A stretch of DNA of 64,000 bases from Gemmatimonadales bacterium (lineage in GTDB: Bacteria > Gemmatimonadota > Gemmatimonadetes > Gemmatimonadales > GWC2-71-9). A program made the translations under genes and the position numbers. Below are positions 19,755 to 29,174 of the stretch, in pieces; the stretch's first letter is position 1, and each line of letters starts with the position of its first letter. The stretch lies in NCBI GenBank assembly GCA_037189525.1, contig JBBCJC010000005.1:224001-288000 (forward strand), read 5' to 3'. The notes below the pieces were generated by a model. That model had not been told where the DNA came from and ran no database searches. It saw only the letters and a list, made by a program, of their open reading frames with translations.

Positions 19755-21479
19755 TTAGCGGCAGAACGCCTTCTTCATCTGGGCAATCCGCTGCGGGTAG
19801 CTGGACTCCAACGACTGAATCCGCGATCCGACAGCTTCAGCCTGAATGGGCTGTCCCGCCCGCAACGCGGTGACCGTCTCGGAGATCCACTGCTCGAGTG
19901 CAGTAGCGCCCTCGCACGTCTTCGCCTCGACCGCGGCGGCATCCTTCGTGGGAATCTGTCCCAGCTTGCCGAAACCGAGAACGTAGCTCGCCAGCTGGTG
20001 CTGACGGGTTCCTTCGCGAAGTAGCGCCACTGCCCGGCTGCCGAACTGCTCGGCCAGCACGAAATCGACCGGCTCGGATTGCAGCACGGGCAAACCACCT
20101 TCCTGCGCCAGTACCGCGCCCAGTGTGGCCTTGTCCGTATCCTGCCCGCCCTGCTCGATGGCCCCGCCAACTTCGAGTGCCTCGGCGTACCGCTTTTCCT
20201 TGAGCAGCGCCCGGACGGCCCGGATCACGGGCGTAAGGTCCGACTTATCGGCCGCGACCAGACGGCGGGTGACCGCCACCAAGCTGTCAACCGGACCGGT
20301 CAGGGCATACGCCGAGGCGAGTTCGCCCAGGAAGTACCCGTTGTTCGGGAACTTGCCCACGGCGCGCTGCGACCACTTGAGGTATGCCGGCGCCTGGGCC
20401 GAGTCGCGCGAAGCGATGAACAGCATCTTCTGGAGATTCAGCGTGTCCATCTTGGTGGTGTCGAGCGTAAAGACGTGCTCGAGCGCTTCGAGGGCGCACT
20501 GATTCTTTTCCGGCTTTTCCTGCACCAGGCACGCCGTCGACAGCATGTTGTAGTTGTCCGGGTTCGACGGATCCCGGGCAATCGCTTCGCGGGCCTTCTC
20601 TTCGCCGATGTCCGGCTTGCCGGCGACGATGAAGAAGCGGACCGCGTCCTCGACCACGCGCTGGTTGTTCGGCGCGATCAGGATCAGCTGGCTGTAGGTC
20701 TCGATGATGTTGGTGGTGTCGCCCTTGGTCTGGTACTGACCCAACAGGCCGCCCCACGCCTCGAGGGAGAAGCGATCGCCCTCGGTGGCGTTCTTGTAGT
20801 GCGCGAGGATCTCGTCCGTCGGCGCCTTCCGGGCCACCGCCAGCTGCGCCAGGCAGAGCTCGGCCAGCGCGTGGTTCGGCTGGGCCCGGATGGCCTTGCG
20901 CGCGGCCTCGGCGGCCTTGCTCGGATTGGTCTGCGACTCTTCGTAGCAGGCCTTGGCGTCCGGCAGCGCGCTGAAGGCGCCGCGCATCGACTCCGCCAGC
21001 TTGGATCCCAGATCTTCCGGGCTCTGCCCCGCCACCTGCGTCATGGTGACGAGATGGCCGGTCTGATCGTTACCCGACAGGACCCGGGCTTCGACCTTGA
21101 GCTGCCCGCCTTCACGCGCCAGCGTGCTGATGATCGAGGCGCGGGCCTGCAACTGGGAGCCCAGCTGACGCGCCACCAGCGGCGGCAGCACGGCGTCCGG
21201 CGGATAGCCGTACTGGGTCAGCGCGTCGTTCATCTGATCGCGCTGAATGACCGTGAACCACCGGTCGGCGACGCCCTCGAGCTTGCTGCGCATACCCTGC
21301 CCGACCCGAACGGCCGGTGCAGAGTCCGCGGCAACGAAGGTGTGCGGGTTCGCCACCAAGAGGCGCGGGAGGTTGCGCTGTGGAGCCGCAGGACGGCTGG
21401 CCCGCAACTGCGCGGCGAGCGGGGCCGCCGCGCCGACCGTGAGAACACCAAGAACCAGGGGAGCAACACGCAAACGCAT
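19755..21479 (-). CDS. Exported all-helical/TPR-like protein
   Basis: Signal peptide (AAAPLAA-Q), strong RBS GGGAGG, TPR-like repeats (AIRAQPNHALA, AIARDPSNPDNY). Confidence 0.75.
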   Translation of the reverse strand: MRLRVAPLVLGVLTVGAAAPLAAQLRASRPAAPQRNLPRLLVANPHTFVAADSAPAVRVGQGMRSKLEGVADRWFTVIQRDQMNDALTQYGYPPDAVLPPLVARQLGSQLQARASIISTLAREGGQLKVEARVLSGNDQTGHLVTMTQVAGQSPEDLGSKLAESMRGAFSALPDAKACYEESQTNPSKAAEAARKAIRAQPNHALAELCLAQLAVARKAPTDEILAHYKNATEGDRFSLEAWGGLLGQYQTKGDTTNIIETYSQLILIAPNNQRVVEDAVRFFIVAGKPDIGEEKAREAIARDPSNPDNYNMLSTACLVQEKPEKNQCALEALEHVFTLDTTKMDTLNLQKMLFIASRDSAQAPAYLKWSQRAVGKFPNNGYFLGELASAYALTGPVDSLVAVTRRLVAADKSDLTPVIRAVRALLKEKRYAEALEVGGAIEQGGQDTDKATLGAVLAQEGGLPVLQSEPVDFVLAEQFGSRAVALLREGTRQHQLASYVLGFGKLGQIPTKDAAAVEAKTCEGATALEQWISETVTALRAGQPIQAEAVGSRIQSLESSYPQRIAQMKKAFCR

Positions 21480-21552
21480 TCTGGACTTACCTCCCTACGA
21501 GGCCCATCCGAAGATCGGATGGCAGAGTGAGACGCCACCGTGGCGTCGAGCA

Positions 21553-21627
21553 TGGGCGAAGAGGGATTCGAACCCCCGACATCCTGCGTGTAAGGCAGGC
21601 GCTCTGGACCAGCTGAGCTATTCGCCC
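21553..21627 (-). tRNA. tRNA-Val(TAC), CCA not encoded
   Basis: GGGCGAA...TTCGCCC-A acceptor, anticodon arm CCTGC-CTTACAC-GCAGG, TTCGAAT T loop. Confidence 0.96.
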
Positions 21628-21725
21628 GCACGGTACCCTCGACGCTTGCCAATACAGGTCCGCCGTTACGGGGGAGACGCGTAATTGCGCGTACCCTGCA
21701 CGGCGGGACCGATTGTCAGCCGGGC

Positions 21726-21917
21726 CTATAACGCAATGGCCAAGGGAATGAGCACACAGTAACCGACGACGAGCAACACGGCCGCAACGCTCGCCTGACC
21801 TGCCGATAACGCAACGTACCCGGCTACGAGCACCAGAACGGCCATCGCCAAAACGACAACGTTCCGTCGCCCCAACAGGCTCCGGCGATTCTGTGGTGCT
21901 GCATCCGTTTGCGGCAT
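21726..21917 (-). CDS. Small two-TM membrane protein (DUF3098-like)
   Basis: 63 aa, two hydrophobic helices, ends LLVVGYCVLIPLAI. Confidence 0.65.
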   Translation of the reverse strand: MPQTDAAPQNRRSLLGRRNVVVLAMAVLVLVAGYVALSAGQASVAAVLLVVGYCVLIPLAIAL

Positions 21918-21941
21918 AAGGTGATGAGGATATTCCGATCG

Positions 21942-22946
21942 CTACGTCCGGTCAAGCGTTGGAGCCGTTTCCTCGTCGCCAATTGAAACATCCCACCCGA
22001 TATCGAGCGCGGCGCGACGGGGGCGGTCCCTCCGCCGACGCCACCAGTACCCGAACACCAGCAACCCGCCGACCACCGACCAAATCCCGCCCGCCGCCAG
22101 CCACAGGCCCCAATTGTACCGACGGCGAACATCCCGCTGCCAGCCCTCGTCGAACCGATCCCGGGTGTAGCCGGCCGTCCGCACCACGGCGGAATCGAAC
22201 GGAACGCCCTGCGCCAGCTGGCCGAGCAGCGGTGCGAGCGTGCCGTCGCGGCTGCCGCGCGCCAGAAAGGCGACCGCACTCGCCGCCAGCGCGTAGGCCG
22301 TCTCCGCTTCATGCCGGTTGCCGCGCAGCGAATTGTTGAGCTCGCCGAGTGACGGCACCGCCCCGCGCATCACACCCAGATTGAGGGCCAGACGATCGAA
22401 CCGATCGAACTCCCCGGCGGCCAGCACCGCGTACCCTTCGTCGAACCAGAGCGGCACCCGGCCCCGGATCGATTGCCGCAGCGCAAAGTGCGCCAGTTCG
22501 TGCCGCAGGACCCGGACGGGATCGTCGCCGCCGTCGGCGCGCACCGCAATCAGCCGCGCACCCGGCAGCGCCAGCCCGACCCCCCAGCGCGGCACCTGCC
22601 CCCGCCCGGCCCGATGAAAGGCCGCTTCACCGCGCACGACCACCAGCGAGAGGGGGGTGACCGTGACGCGCCCCAAGCCATACCAGTCGCTCGGCCGGTC
22701 GGCGATTTCCGCGAGGGCCACGGCAAGATCGAGATCCCTGGCCTGGGCAATCGCCGTGACCTGGCCGACGGTGACGGCACTGGCCTCCGCGCCGACGAGA
22801 TCGCCGGCCAGCGACGAGAGACGGCTGCTGCGTTCGAGTGGCGGTGCTTGCTGCGCGAGTGTTGGAAGCGCCGTCAGGACGAGGCAGGCGGCGAGGAGCG
22901 CGGCACCGATTCGCCTCGCTCGACGGCTTCCAGCAGTTCCTGACAT
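21942..22946 (-). CDS. Exported, C-terminally anchored gluzincin (peptidase MA-like) metalloprotease
   Basis: HELAH plus PLWFDEG third ligand, signal peptide, C-terminal TM followed by WWRRRR; start uncertain (22946 or 22958). Confidence 0.8.
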   Translation of the reverse strand: MSGTAGSRRARRIGAALLAACLVLTALPTLAQQAPPLERSSRLSSLAGDLVGAEASAVTVGQVTAIAQARDLDLAVALAEIADRPSDWYGLGRVTVTPLSLVVVRGEAAFHRAGRGQVPRWGVGLALPGARLIAVRADGGDDPVRVLRHELAHFALRQSIRGRVPLWFDEGYAVLAAGEFDRFDRLALNLGVMRGAVPSLGELNNSLRGNRHEAETAYALAASAVAFLARGSRDGTLAPLLGQLAQGVPFDSAVVRTAGYTRDRFDEGWQRDVRRRYNWGLWLAAGGIWSVVGGLLVFGYWWRRRRDRPRRAALDIGWDVSIGDEETAPTLDRT

Positions 22947-23749
22947 CGTTTGGCCCATGGCGCAAACCGATTGGCGTTGGCCCCCTTATGCCAGACGGCC
23001 TTAGCCCCCGCATGGTCTCCGGCAAACCACTTGGCCCGCCCGAGATCGTAGTAGGCTTCGATCAGATTGGGACCGAGCTGGATGGCTTTCTCGAAGAAGG
23101 TCTGCGCATCGAGATCCATTTCCCGCTCGAGGTACACCAGGCCCAGGTAATAGTGGGCGTAGAGTACCGCCTTCCGATCGTTGTCGAGGCGGATGGCCCG
23201 GGAGAGATGCTCGATGGCCTCCCCGAAGATCCGCTTCTTGAGACAAATGTAACCGACATTGACCCGGGCCAGTGCATTGGTGGGCTCCTCCGCGAGGACC
23301 CGCGAAAAGGCCGCCAGCGCCTCGTCGAACTTGTGGCCCAGCATCTGGGCCCAGCCCAGCAGCGAGGCGGCCTGCAGATCGCCCGGCGCCAGCTCGAGCG
23401 CCCGGGTCAGCGCTTGCTCGGCAGCGGCGTGGTCGCCCAGCGCGATCAGCGACCAGCCCTTCTCGATGAAGGTCGACGCGCCGAGATGATCGGCTCGGAC
23501 CAGCGGCCGCCGCTCGACCATCTGGGGGTCGCGGGTGGTCTCGGCCGTTCCCTGCTTGTAGCTCTCGACCAGGCCCTTGATCCGCTCCCGGAGCGACTCG
23601 AAGTGGTTGAGCGCCGCTTCGGTTTCCTTGTAGATGGCCACGATCCGACGCTTGATCTGCTCCCGCACCACGGGCGTCGCCGCCTGCCCGACCTGGGCTT
23701 CCAGCGCGGCAATTTCCCGCTCGATCGGCCCCGCCGCGCGCTCCGTCAC
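22874..23749 (-). CDS. Coiled-coil plus TPR protein
   Basis: N-terminal heptad helix, then ~5 TPRs (ALELAPGD, EEPTNALARVNVG, AIQLGPNLIEAYYDLG). Confidence 0.85.
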   Translation of the reverse strand: MTERAAGPIEREIAALEAQVGQAATPVVREQIKRRIVAIYKETEAALNHFESLRERIKGLVESYKQGTAETTRDPQMVERRPLVRADHLGASTFIEKGWSLIALGDHAAAEQALTRALELAPGDLQAASLLGWAQMLGHKFDEALAAFSRVLAEEPTNALARVNVGYICLKKRIFGEAIEHLSRAIRLDNDRKAVLYAHYYLGLVYLEREMDLDAQTFFEKAIQLGPNLIEAYYDLGRAKWFAGDHAGAKAVWHKGANANRFAPWAKRCQELLEAVERGESVPRSSPPASS

Positions 23750-24234
23750 AGCACCTGTCCCGACCGGTTGTAGGATGTGATCGTGATTCGGCCACTGGCC
23801 AGGTCGAAATCGGCGGTCCGCCCGAAATCGCCCCCGACGGCTTCACCGACCAGGCGAATGCCCAACCGATGCAGCACCTCGCGCGCCGCGACCACGTTGC
23901 GATCGCCCATTTGAATTGACCCTGGCGGCGTCAGGGAGACAAACATGCTGGCACCGCCGACCAGGCGCGCCGTGATGGTCGGTGCCCGAGCCCCCCGCGC
24001 AATCATCCGCTCCAGCAGTTCGGGCGCCGCCGTCTGCGCATAGCGTCCGGGTTGGCCGGTTACCCGGCCCATGGCCTGCGAGGGCAGCAGCGCATGGGCG
24101 AGCCCGCCGATCCGGGTCGTCGCATCGTGCAGCACGATAGCTACGCAGCTGCCGAGCGCCACCGCCACCAGCCGGGCCGGCGCGTCGGTCACCAGCAGTT
24201 CCCCGACCCGAACGACGAGACGCGGCGTCGTCAT
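23746..24234 (-). CDS. cheD: Chemoreceptor glutamine deamidase CheD
   Basis: LGSCVAIVLHD (catalytic Cys), GGLAHALLP (His), LVGGASMF, GDRN, VGGDFGR. Confidence 0.93.
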   Translation of the reverse strand: MTTPRLVVRVGELLVTDAPARLVAVALGSCVAIVLHDATTRIGGLAHALLPSQAMGRVTGQPGRYAQTAAPELLERMIARGARAPTITARLVGGASMFVSLTPPGSIQMGDRNVVAAREVLHRLGIRLVGEAVGGDFGRTADFDLASGRITITSYNRSGQVL

Positions 24235-25019
24235 CGGACCCTCCGGTAGATCCGCTCGCGGCGGTCGACCGGCTCGAGCCGTGGCGCCACGGCCCACGCC
24301 GCCAGTTCGGCCTTGCCCAGCACCAGCAGCCCGCCCGGACGGAGCGCATCCACCAGCCCCGTCAGGATCCGTTCCTGCGCAGCTTCGGTGAAATAGATCA
24401 GCACGTTGCGGCACAGGATCAGATCGCAGCCGGTCCGTTCACCGGGCCGGGTCAGGTCCGCCTGGCGGAATCGGATCGCCTCGCGCCAGATGGCTGGCAT
24501 GACCAGGCCGTCCGGCTCGACCGTCAGCGGCGCATCGGGGACCATACTCGCGAGAGCGGCCCGCATCCTGACCGGATAGCGGCCCGGCACCGCCACCGCG
24601 AGCGAGCGGGCGTCGAGATCGGTGGCGTCGATCTGCCAGGCTCCCGGTTGGGGCCGCTGCCGCCAGAGGAGCGCAGCGAGCGACCAGGCTTCCTCACCAG
24701 TTGCGCACCCGGCGCTCCACGCCGCGAGCGGCCGACCCGATGGCCAGCTGAGCAGCGGACCCAGCGCGGACCAGACCGACGGGTTCCGGAAAAAGCCGGT
24801 GACATTGACGGTGAGCGCCGCCGCAAGCCGGCTCCGCTCCGCGGCGTCGTGATCGAGCAGATCGGCATACGCGGCCGGATCGGCCACTCCGCACGCCCGC
24901 CACCTGATCCGGAGCCGCCGGTCGAAGTACGCCGGCTTGCACCAGGTCAACGCCTCGGCGCCGACAGCTGCCAGATGCGCATGGATCCGCTCCACGGACG
25001 AGTCGACGGCGGTCATCAT
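24231..25019 (-). CDS. cheR: Protein-glutamate O-methyltransferase CheR
   Basis: NVTGFFRN, WSAGCATGEE, DATDLD, DLILCRNVLIYF, LRPGGLLVLG. Confidence 0.93.
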   Translation of the reverse strand: MMTAVDSSVERIHAHLAAVGAEALTWCKPAYFDRRLRIRWRACGVADPAAYADLLDHDAAERSRLAAALTVNVTGFFRNPSVWSALGPLLSWPSGRPLAAWSAGCATGEEAWSLAALLWRQRPQPGAWQIDATDLDARSLAVAVPGRYPVRMRAALASMVPDAPLTVEPDGLVMPAIWREAIRFRQADLTRPGERTGCDLILCRNVLIYFTEAAQERILTGLVDALRPGGLLVLGKAELAAWAVAPRLEPVDRRERIYRRVR

Positions 25020-26632
25020 CCGGACACCGGCAACAGTTCGAGATTGGCGCGGGCGAGCTGATGGCCGGGATTGAGCCGAACCGCCTGGGCCCAATGCTCG
25101 CGCGCCTGATCGGCGGCGCGACGCCGGAAGGCCAGGTTGCCGAGTTTGAAGAAGAGGTCGTCGCCCAACTCCGGGGCGAGCACGGCAGCGCGGTCGTAGT
25201 GCTGGGTGGCCTCATCGTAACGCCCCGAGCGATAGAGCAGATCGCCCAGGTTCTTGTGGAGCTGGGGGAGCGCCGGGTCGTCGGTCGCGGTTTCACGCAG
25301 CAGAGTCTCGGCGCCGGCGACATCACCGGTGGCCTCGAGCAGGACGGCCAGGTTGTTCCGCAGGACCGGATGGGCGGGATGCGCACCAACTCCGTCTCGG
25401 GCCAGCGCCAGCGCCGGCTCCAACTGCTCCTGCATGGCAAGCGCGAGCACCGCAGCAAAGTACCAGAGCGGCGGCGGGGTACCGGTCTCGAGTTCACGCA
25501 CGCGTTCGAGCCGCGCCCAGGCCACCGCCGGATCGTCGCGCCTGAGTCCGAGCAGGGCCCAATTGACGAAGACCATCCGGTTGTCCGGCAGCCGGCCCGC
25601 GGCCTCGGCGAACATGGCGTCGGCCTGGTCGAGCCGGCCGACCTCTTCGAGCGCGATGGCCAGGTTGTGCATCACCTGTCCCCGCGGCCCGGCCCGATCG
25701 AGCGACTGGCGGAACGAATCGACCGCCTCCGACCAGCGTCCCTGCCGTCCGGCAATCACGCCGAGCAGAAAGGGCGCCGCACCTTCCGACGGTCTCAACT
25801 CGATGACGCGACGCAATTCCCGCGCGGCTTCCTCCAGCATACCGCTGCGCAGGAATGCGACCCCCAGGTTGCGATGCTCTTCGATCTGCGCTTCGAGGAG
25901 ACGAGACGGTGTCGTCTTGGACGACATCCCGATCCGCTGCGCCAGCCCGGCGGTAATCAGTCCGAACAACGCCTGCCCAGCCTCGAAGTCGGAGAGGCCG
26001 GAGGCATCGATTACTTCCCGGGTGTCCCGGACGCCATCGATCAGCGGCAGCAAGCGGCGCTGCGCTTCGGTAAAACTCAAAGTCTCGTTGGCCAGCAGCG
26101 AGCGATCCAGCGCGAAGATCAGATCGAAGCTGGGGACCTTCTTTTCGATCAGGCTCCACTCGTCGATGCGGCGCGCGCCCTCGAGCAGGAGATTCTCGGG
26201 ATTGATCCGATCGAGATCGCCCTCCATCTCGGGACGGAGGCCGGCATCGAAGGTGAACGTCCCGGTGGTCCAAGCGAAGAGGGTGTAGACCGCCTCGTCG
26301 ATCTGGAATCGAAGGACCCGCTTCAGTTCGTCCGGAGCAATCGCGCCCAGGCTGACGAGGATCTCTCCGAGCCGCCGGCCGCGGGCGCCGTGCTGCAGCG
26401 CCAGCGCCTGATCGAGCTGCTCGCGCGTGATGGCGCCGGTGTTGAGCAGGATGTCGCCGATCCGATCTCGCCGGTTGACGATGGTGGCGTAGGTGATCCA
26501 GCCGTCCTCGAAGTAAATCGACCCGAACTGCTGCCGGTCGCTCAGCGCGAGACAGCCGGTCCGGCGGCCGAAGAAGAGCAGCTGGACCACGTCCGGCAGG
26601 CTGGCCTCTTTGAGGCTCCCTTTGATGGCCAT
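25016..26632 (-). CDS. DUF4388 (PATAN-like) + MshEN + TPR protein
   Basis: MAIKGSLKEASLPDVVQLL..RRTG DUF4388 start, tandem MshEN motifs, W..G.F.F and LLLEGARRIDEW, C-terminal TPRs. Confidence 0.88.
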   Translation of the reverse strand: MAIKGSLKEASLPDVVQLLFFGRRTGCLALSDRQQFGSIYFEDGWITYATIVNRRDRIGDILLNTGAITREQLDQALALQHGARGRRLGEILVSLGAIAPDELKRVLRFQIDEAVYTLFAWTTGTFTFDAGLRPEMEGDLDRINPENLLLEGARRIDEWSLIEKKVPSFDLIFALDRSLLANETLSFTEAQRRLLPLIDGVRDTREVIDASGLSDFEAGQALFGLITAGLAQRIGMSSKTTPSRLLEAQIEEHRNLGVAFLRSGMLEEAARELRRVIELRPSEGAAPFLLGVIAGRQGRWSEAVDSFRQSLDRAGPRGQVMHNLAIALEEVGRLDQADAMFAEAAGRLPDNRMVFVNWALLGLRRDDPAVAWARLERVRELETGTPPPLWYFAAVLALAMQEQLEPALALARDGVGAHPAHPVLRNNLAVLLEATGDVAGAETLLRETATDDPALPQLHKNLGDLLYRSGRYDEATQHYDRAAVLAPELGDDLFFKLGNLAFRRRAADQAREHWAQAVRLNPGHQLARANLELLPVSG

Positions 26633-28572
26633 CAGCCGAGCTCCGTGAGCAGGCGCTCACCGGCAACCGGCCAGACATGGATCATCTTTTCCGGGCTGCG
26701 CACGATACCCATTCCCGGGGACAGGATTCCGCTGCGGGCGCCGAGCGGGCGGCGTTCACGCCGCGGCGTCTTGCCTTCCACGGTATCCAGCGTCTCCCGC
26801 GCCAGCGCAGCTGACGGTACGGTATGCGCCGCCTCCGCTTCGACCATGACGCGATGCACGATGCCCTGCACCGCCCGCACCGAATCGGCGGGGCGGCCCG
26901 CCAGGAAATCGATCAGACCGACATCGTTGGCGGCCGGCGTGTCTGCAAGGAGCGAGCGCACCACGGCGAGGCGAACTTCCCGATCGGGGCTCCGCACATC
27001 GACGACCGTACCGCCCTCGAGGCGATTGAGCAGCCGCGGATCGAACCCGGCCAGATCGGACAGGGCCCGCGCGCTGGTAAAGACCATCGGACGGCCGCCC
27101 TCCTCGAGCGCCGCATAGATCTGCAGCAGCTCCGCATGCGCCCGCGGCTCGTTGGCCAGCAGGTGGATGTCGTCGATCAGGAGGGCCGCGACCCACTGGT
27201 ACCGGGCCCGCCACTGCGCGACCTCCTCGGGCGTGGTGAGCGACGCCAGCTCACCAAGCAGACTGTGCGCCGAAAGGCAGGCAATCGGCGCCAGGCCGCG
27301 ATGAGCGAGCGCATTGCCGAGCCCGTGGAGCAGATGGGTCTTTCCAACTCCGCTCGGCCCGGCGAGCACCAGCGGGTTGTGACGGGCGCCCGGCTCCGCG
27401 ACGATCGACGCGAGGGTCTCCAGCGCAACCCGATTGGAAGCGCCGACCCCGATGGTCGCCAGGGTCAGGTCCGGCAGCGGCGCGGACAACGGCGCACGAC
27501 GGGTCCGCGCTTCGGCGACGAGGCGACGGGCCGCTACCAGTTGATCCGGATCACGCAAGACATCGGCACCTGCCAGGTCCGGAGCCAGGACTGCGATTTC
27601 GGCCGCCAGCTGGACCAGTTCGTTGGCATCGCGCTCGAAGGCGTCGAGCACCGGCTCGGGATCGCCCGGGCCCTCTTCGGCCAGCAGGCGTTCCAGTCGC
27701 CCGGTGCGCATCCCGGCGCCCTGCCAGAGGGCCACGGCGTCCCGTAGCTTGCCGCGCCAATGATCGAACTGTTCAGAGACGTTGGCGACGACTTCCGTCA
27801 GGAATTCGTCGAACTCTCCCGCAGCGAACTCCTGCGACGCCGTGCCGCTGCCATCGACCGAAACGGCAGCCGTTCGTTCGAGCCCCACCAGCGCCAAAGC
27901 GTCATCGACTGGAATCGGCGTCGGGGTGGTCTCCTGCACCGCCAGGATGCGATTGAGCGCGCCGAGATATTCCTTGACCGAGCCGAGTTCCGCTTCGGCC
28001 AGCGCGGTCACGACGCCGGGCAGCAGGTCGAGACCGGCCTCGGCAATACGCCGATCGAGGATTTGCGCCCGCGCCGCCGCGCCCGGCAGCCCCAACTCCA
28101 CGGTCGAAGCATCGCGCAGCCGGCGGACTAGGCGGGCATCGAGCCCGGTCAACTGGGCCAACGGACGCGCAGCCGTCACGACCGTCGCGAGCCCCGCAGC
28201 CAGCCGGCTTTCGAGCACGTCGAACACGAACGACTGCACCGCCAGTTGTCGCTCGATCATCTCGAGATCGTCGAGCAAGACAATTTCGGCGCGGAGCAGC
28301 CGCTCCCTCAACGCGACGCCCGCATCCGCCAACCCGCGGCTCTGAACATGCTCGGCCAGACGGCTCAAGGTGACCAGTTCGACCTGGCGCGGCGGAGTCG
28401 CTCCGGCCACCCGATCGCGAATCGAGCGCAGCAAGTGCGTCTTGCCGGAGCCCCGGGCGCCGATGATCAGCAGCAGGAAATGCGCGCGCGGTGACTCCGC
28501 CACCATCCGGGCCGCAGCAAACGCAGCGCGGGTGGCCGGATCAGGCACCAGGGACGCAAACGGGTCGGTCAC
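26632..28572 (-). CDS. Tandem DnaA/Hda-family AAA+ ATPase without DNA-binding domain IV
   Basis: Two DnaA domain III modules: GARGSGKTHLL/LLDD and NPLVLAGPSGVGKTHLLHGLGN/LLIDDIHLL/DPRLLNRLEGG/SVRAVQG. Confidence 0.85.
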   Translation of the reverse strand: MTDPFASLVPDPATRAAFAAARMVAESPRAHFLLLIIGARGSGKTHLLRSIRDRVAGATPPRQVELVTLSRLAEHVQSRGLADAGVALRERLLRAEIVLLDDLEMIERQLAVQSFVFDVLESRLAAGLATVVTAARPLAQLTGLDARLVRRLRDASTVELGLPGAAARAQILDRRIAEAGLDLLPGVVTALAEAELGSVKEYLGALNRILAVQETTPTPIPVDDALALVGLERTAAVSVDGSGTASQEFAAGEFDEFLTEVVANVSEQFDHWRGKLRDAVALWQGAGMRTGRLERLLAEEGPGDPEPVLDAFERDANELVQLAAEIAVLAPDLAGADVLRDPDQLVAARRLVAEARTRRAPLSAPLPDLTLATIGVGASNRVALETLASIVAEPGARHNPLVLAGPSGVGKTHLLHGLGNALAHRGLAPIACLSAHSLLGELASLTTPEEVAQWRARYQWVAALLIDDIHLLANEPRAHAELLQIYAALEEGGRPMVFTSARALSDLAGFDPRLLNRLEGGTVVDVRSPDREVRLAVVRSLLADTPAANDVGLIDFLAGRPADSVRAVQGIVHRVMVEAEAAHTVPSAALARETLDTVEGKTPRRERRPLGARSGILSPGMGIVRSPEKMIHVWPVAGERLLTELG

Positions 28573-29171
28573 AGCGTCGGGGGGCGCGCCGCCAGCCGCT
28601 GCAGCACGATGGTCGACAGCGCTTTCAAGGTCTCGAATACCCCGGTTCCGTGCAGCGCGTCGGCGGCTAGGCTGGGCACCGAGCGGAAGTTGAACGCCTC
28701 GTCCATCTCATCCGGCGTCAACACGAGGTCGGACGGCAGGTCCTGCTTGTTGTACTGCAGCACCAGCGGAAGCTGGCGGATGTCAACGCCTTGCTCCAGC
28801 AGATTTTCCTGGAGGTTCTGAAAGCTCTCGACATTTTCGTCGAAGCGGCGCGCCTGGCTGTCGGCCACGAAGACCACGCCATCGGCCCCTTGCAGCACCA
28901 GGCGCCGGGTCGCGTTGTAATAGACCTGGCCCGGCACGGTATAGAGCTGGAATCGCGTCGTGAACCCGGAAATGACGCCCAGTTCGATCGGCAGGAAATC
29001 GAAGAACAGCGTCCGATCCGCCTGCGTGGCAAGCGACACCATCCGCCCCCGCCGCGCTTCGGGAACGCGGCCGTGGATATACTGCAAATTGGTCGTCTTC
29101 CCGCAGCGGCCGGGCCCGTAGTAGACCAGCTTGCAGGTGATTTCGCGGGCGGTAAAGTTGACGAGAGGCAT
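28569..29171 (-). CDS. mglA: Ras-like small GTPase MglA
   Basis: KLVYYGPGRCGKTTNL, DRTLFFDFLP, LYTVPGQVYY, GVVFVADSQ, QYNKQDLP; closely follows the Myxococcus MglA pattern. Confidence 0.96.
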   Translation of the reverse strand: MPLVNFTAREITCKLVYYGPGRCGKTTNLQYIHGRVPEARRGRMVSLATQADRTLFFDFLPIELGVISGFTTRFQLYTVPGQVYYNATRRLVLQGADGVVFVADSQARRFDENVESFQNLQENLLEQGVDIRQLPLVLQYNKQDLPSDLVLTPDEMDEAFNFRSVPSLAADALHGTGVFETLKALSTIVLQRLAARPPTL

Positions 29172-29174
29172 AGT

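Noticed and set aside
21503..21548. Two small inverted repeats between tRNA-Val and the TPR gene
   Set aside because: Short GC stems without U tract; not repeated elsewhere as far as I could see
26632..28572. Canonical dnaA and a nearby oriC
   Set aside because: No domain I or IV, no dnaN or rpmH neighbours, no intergenic space, and I saw no DnaA-box cluster
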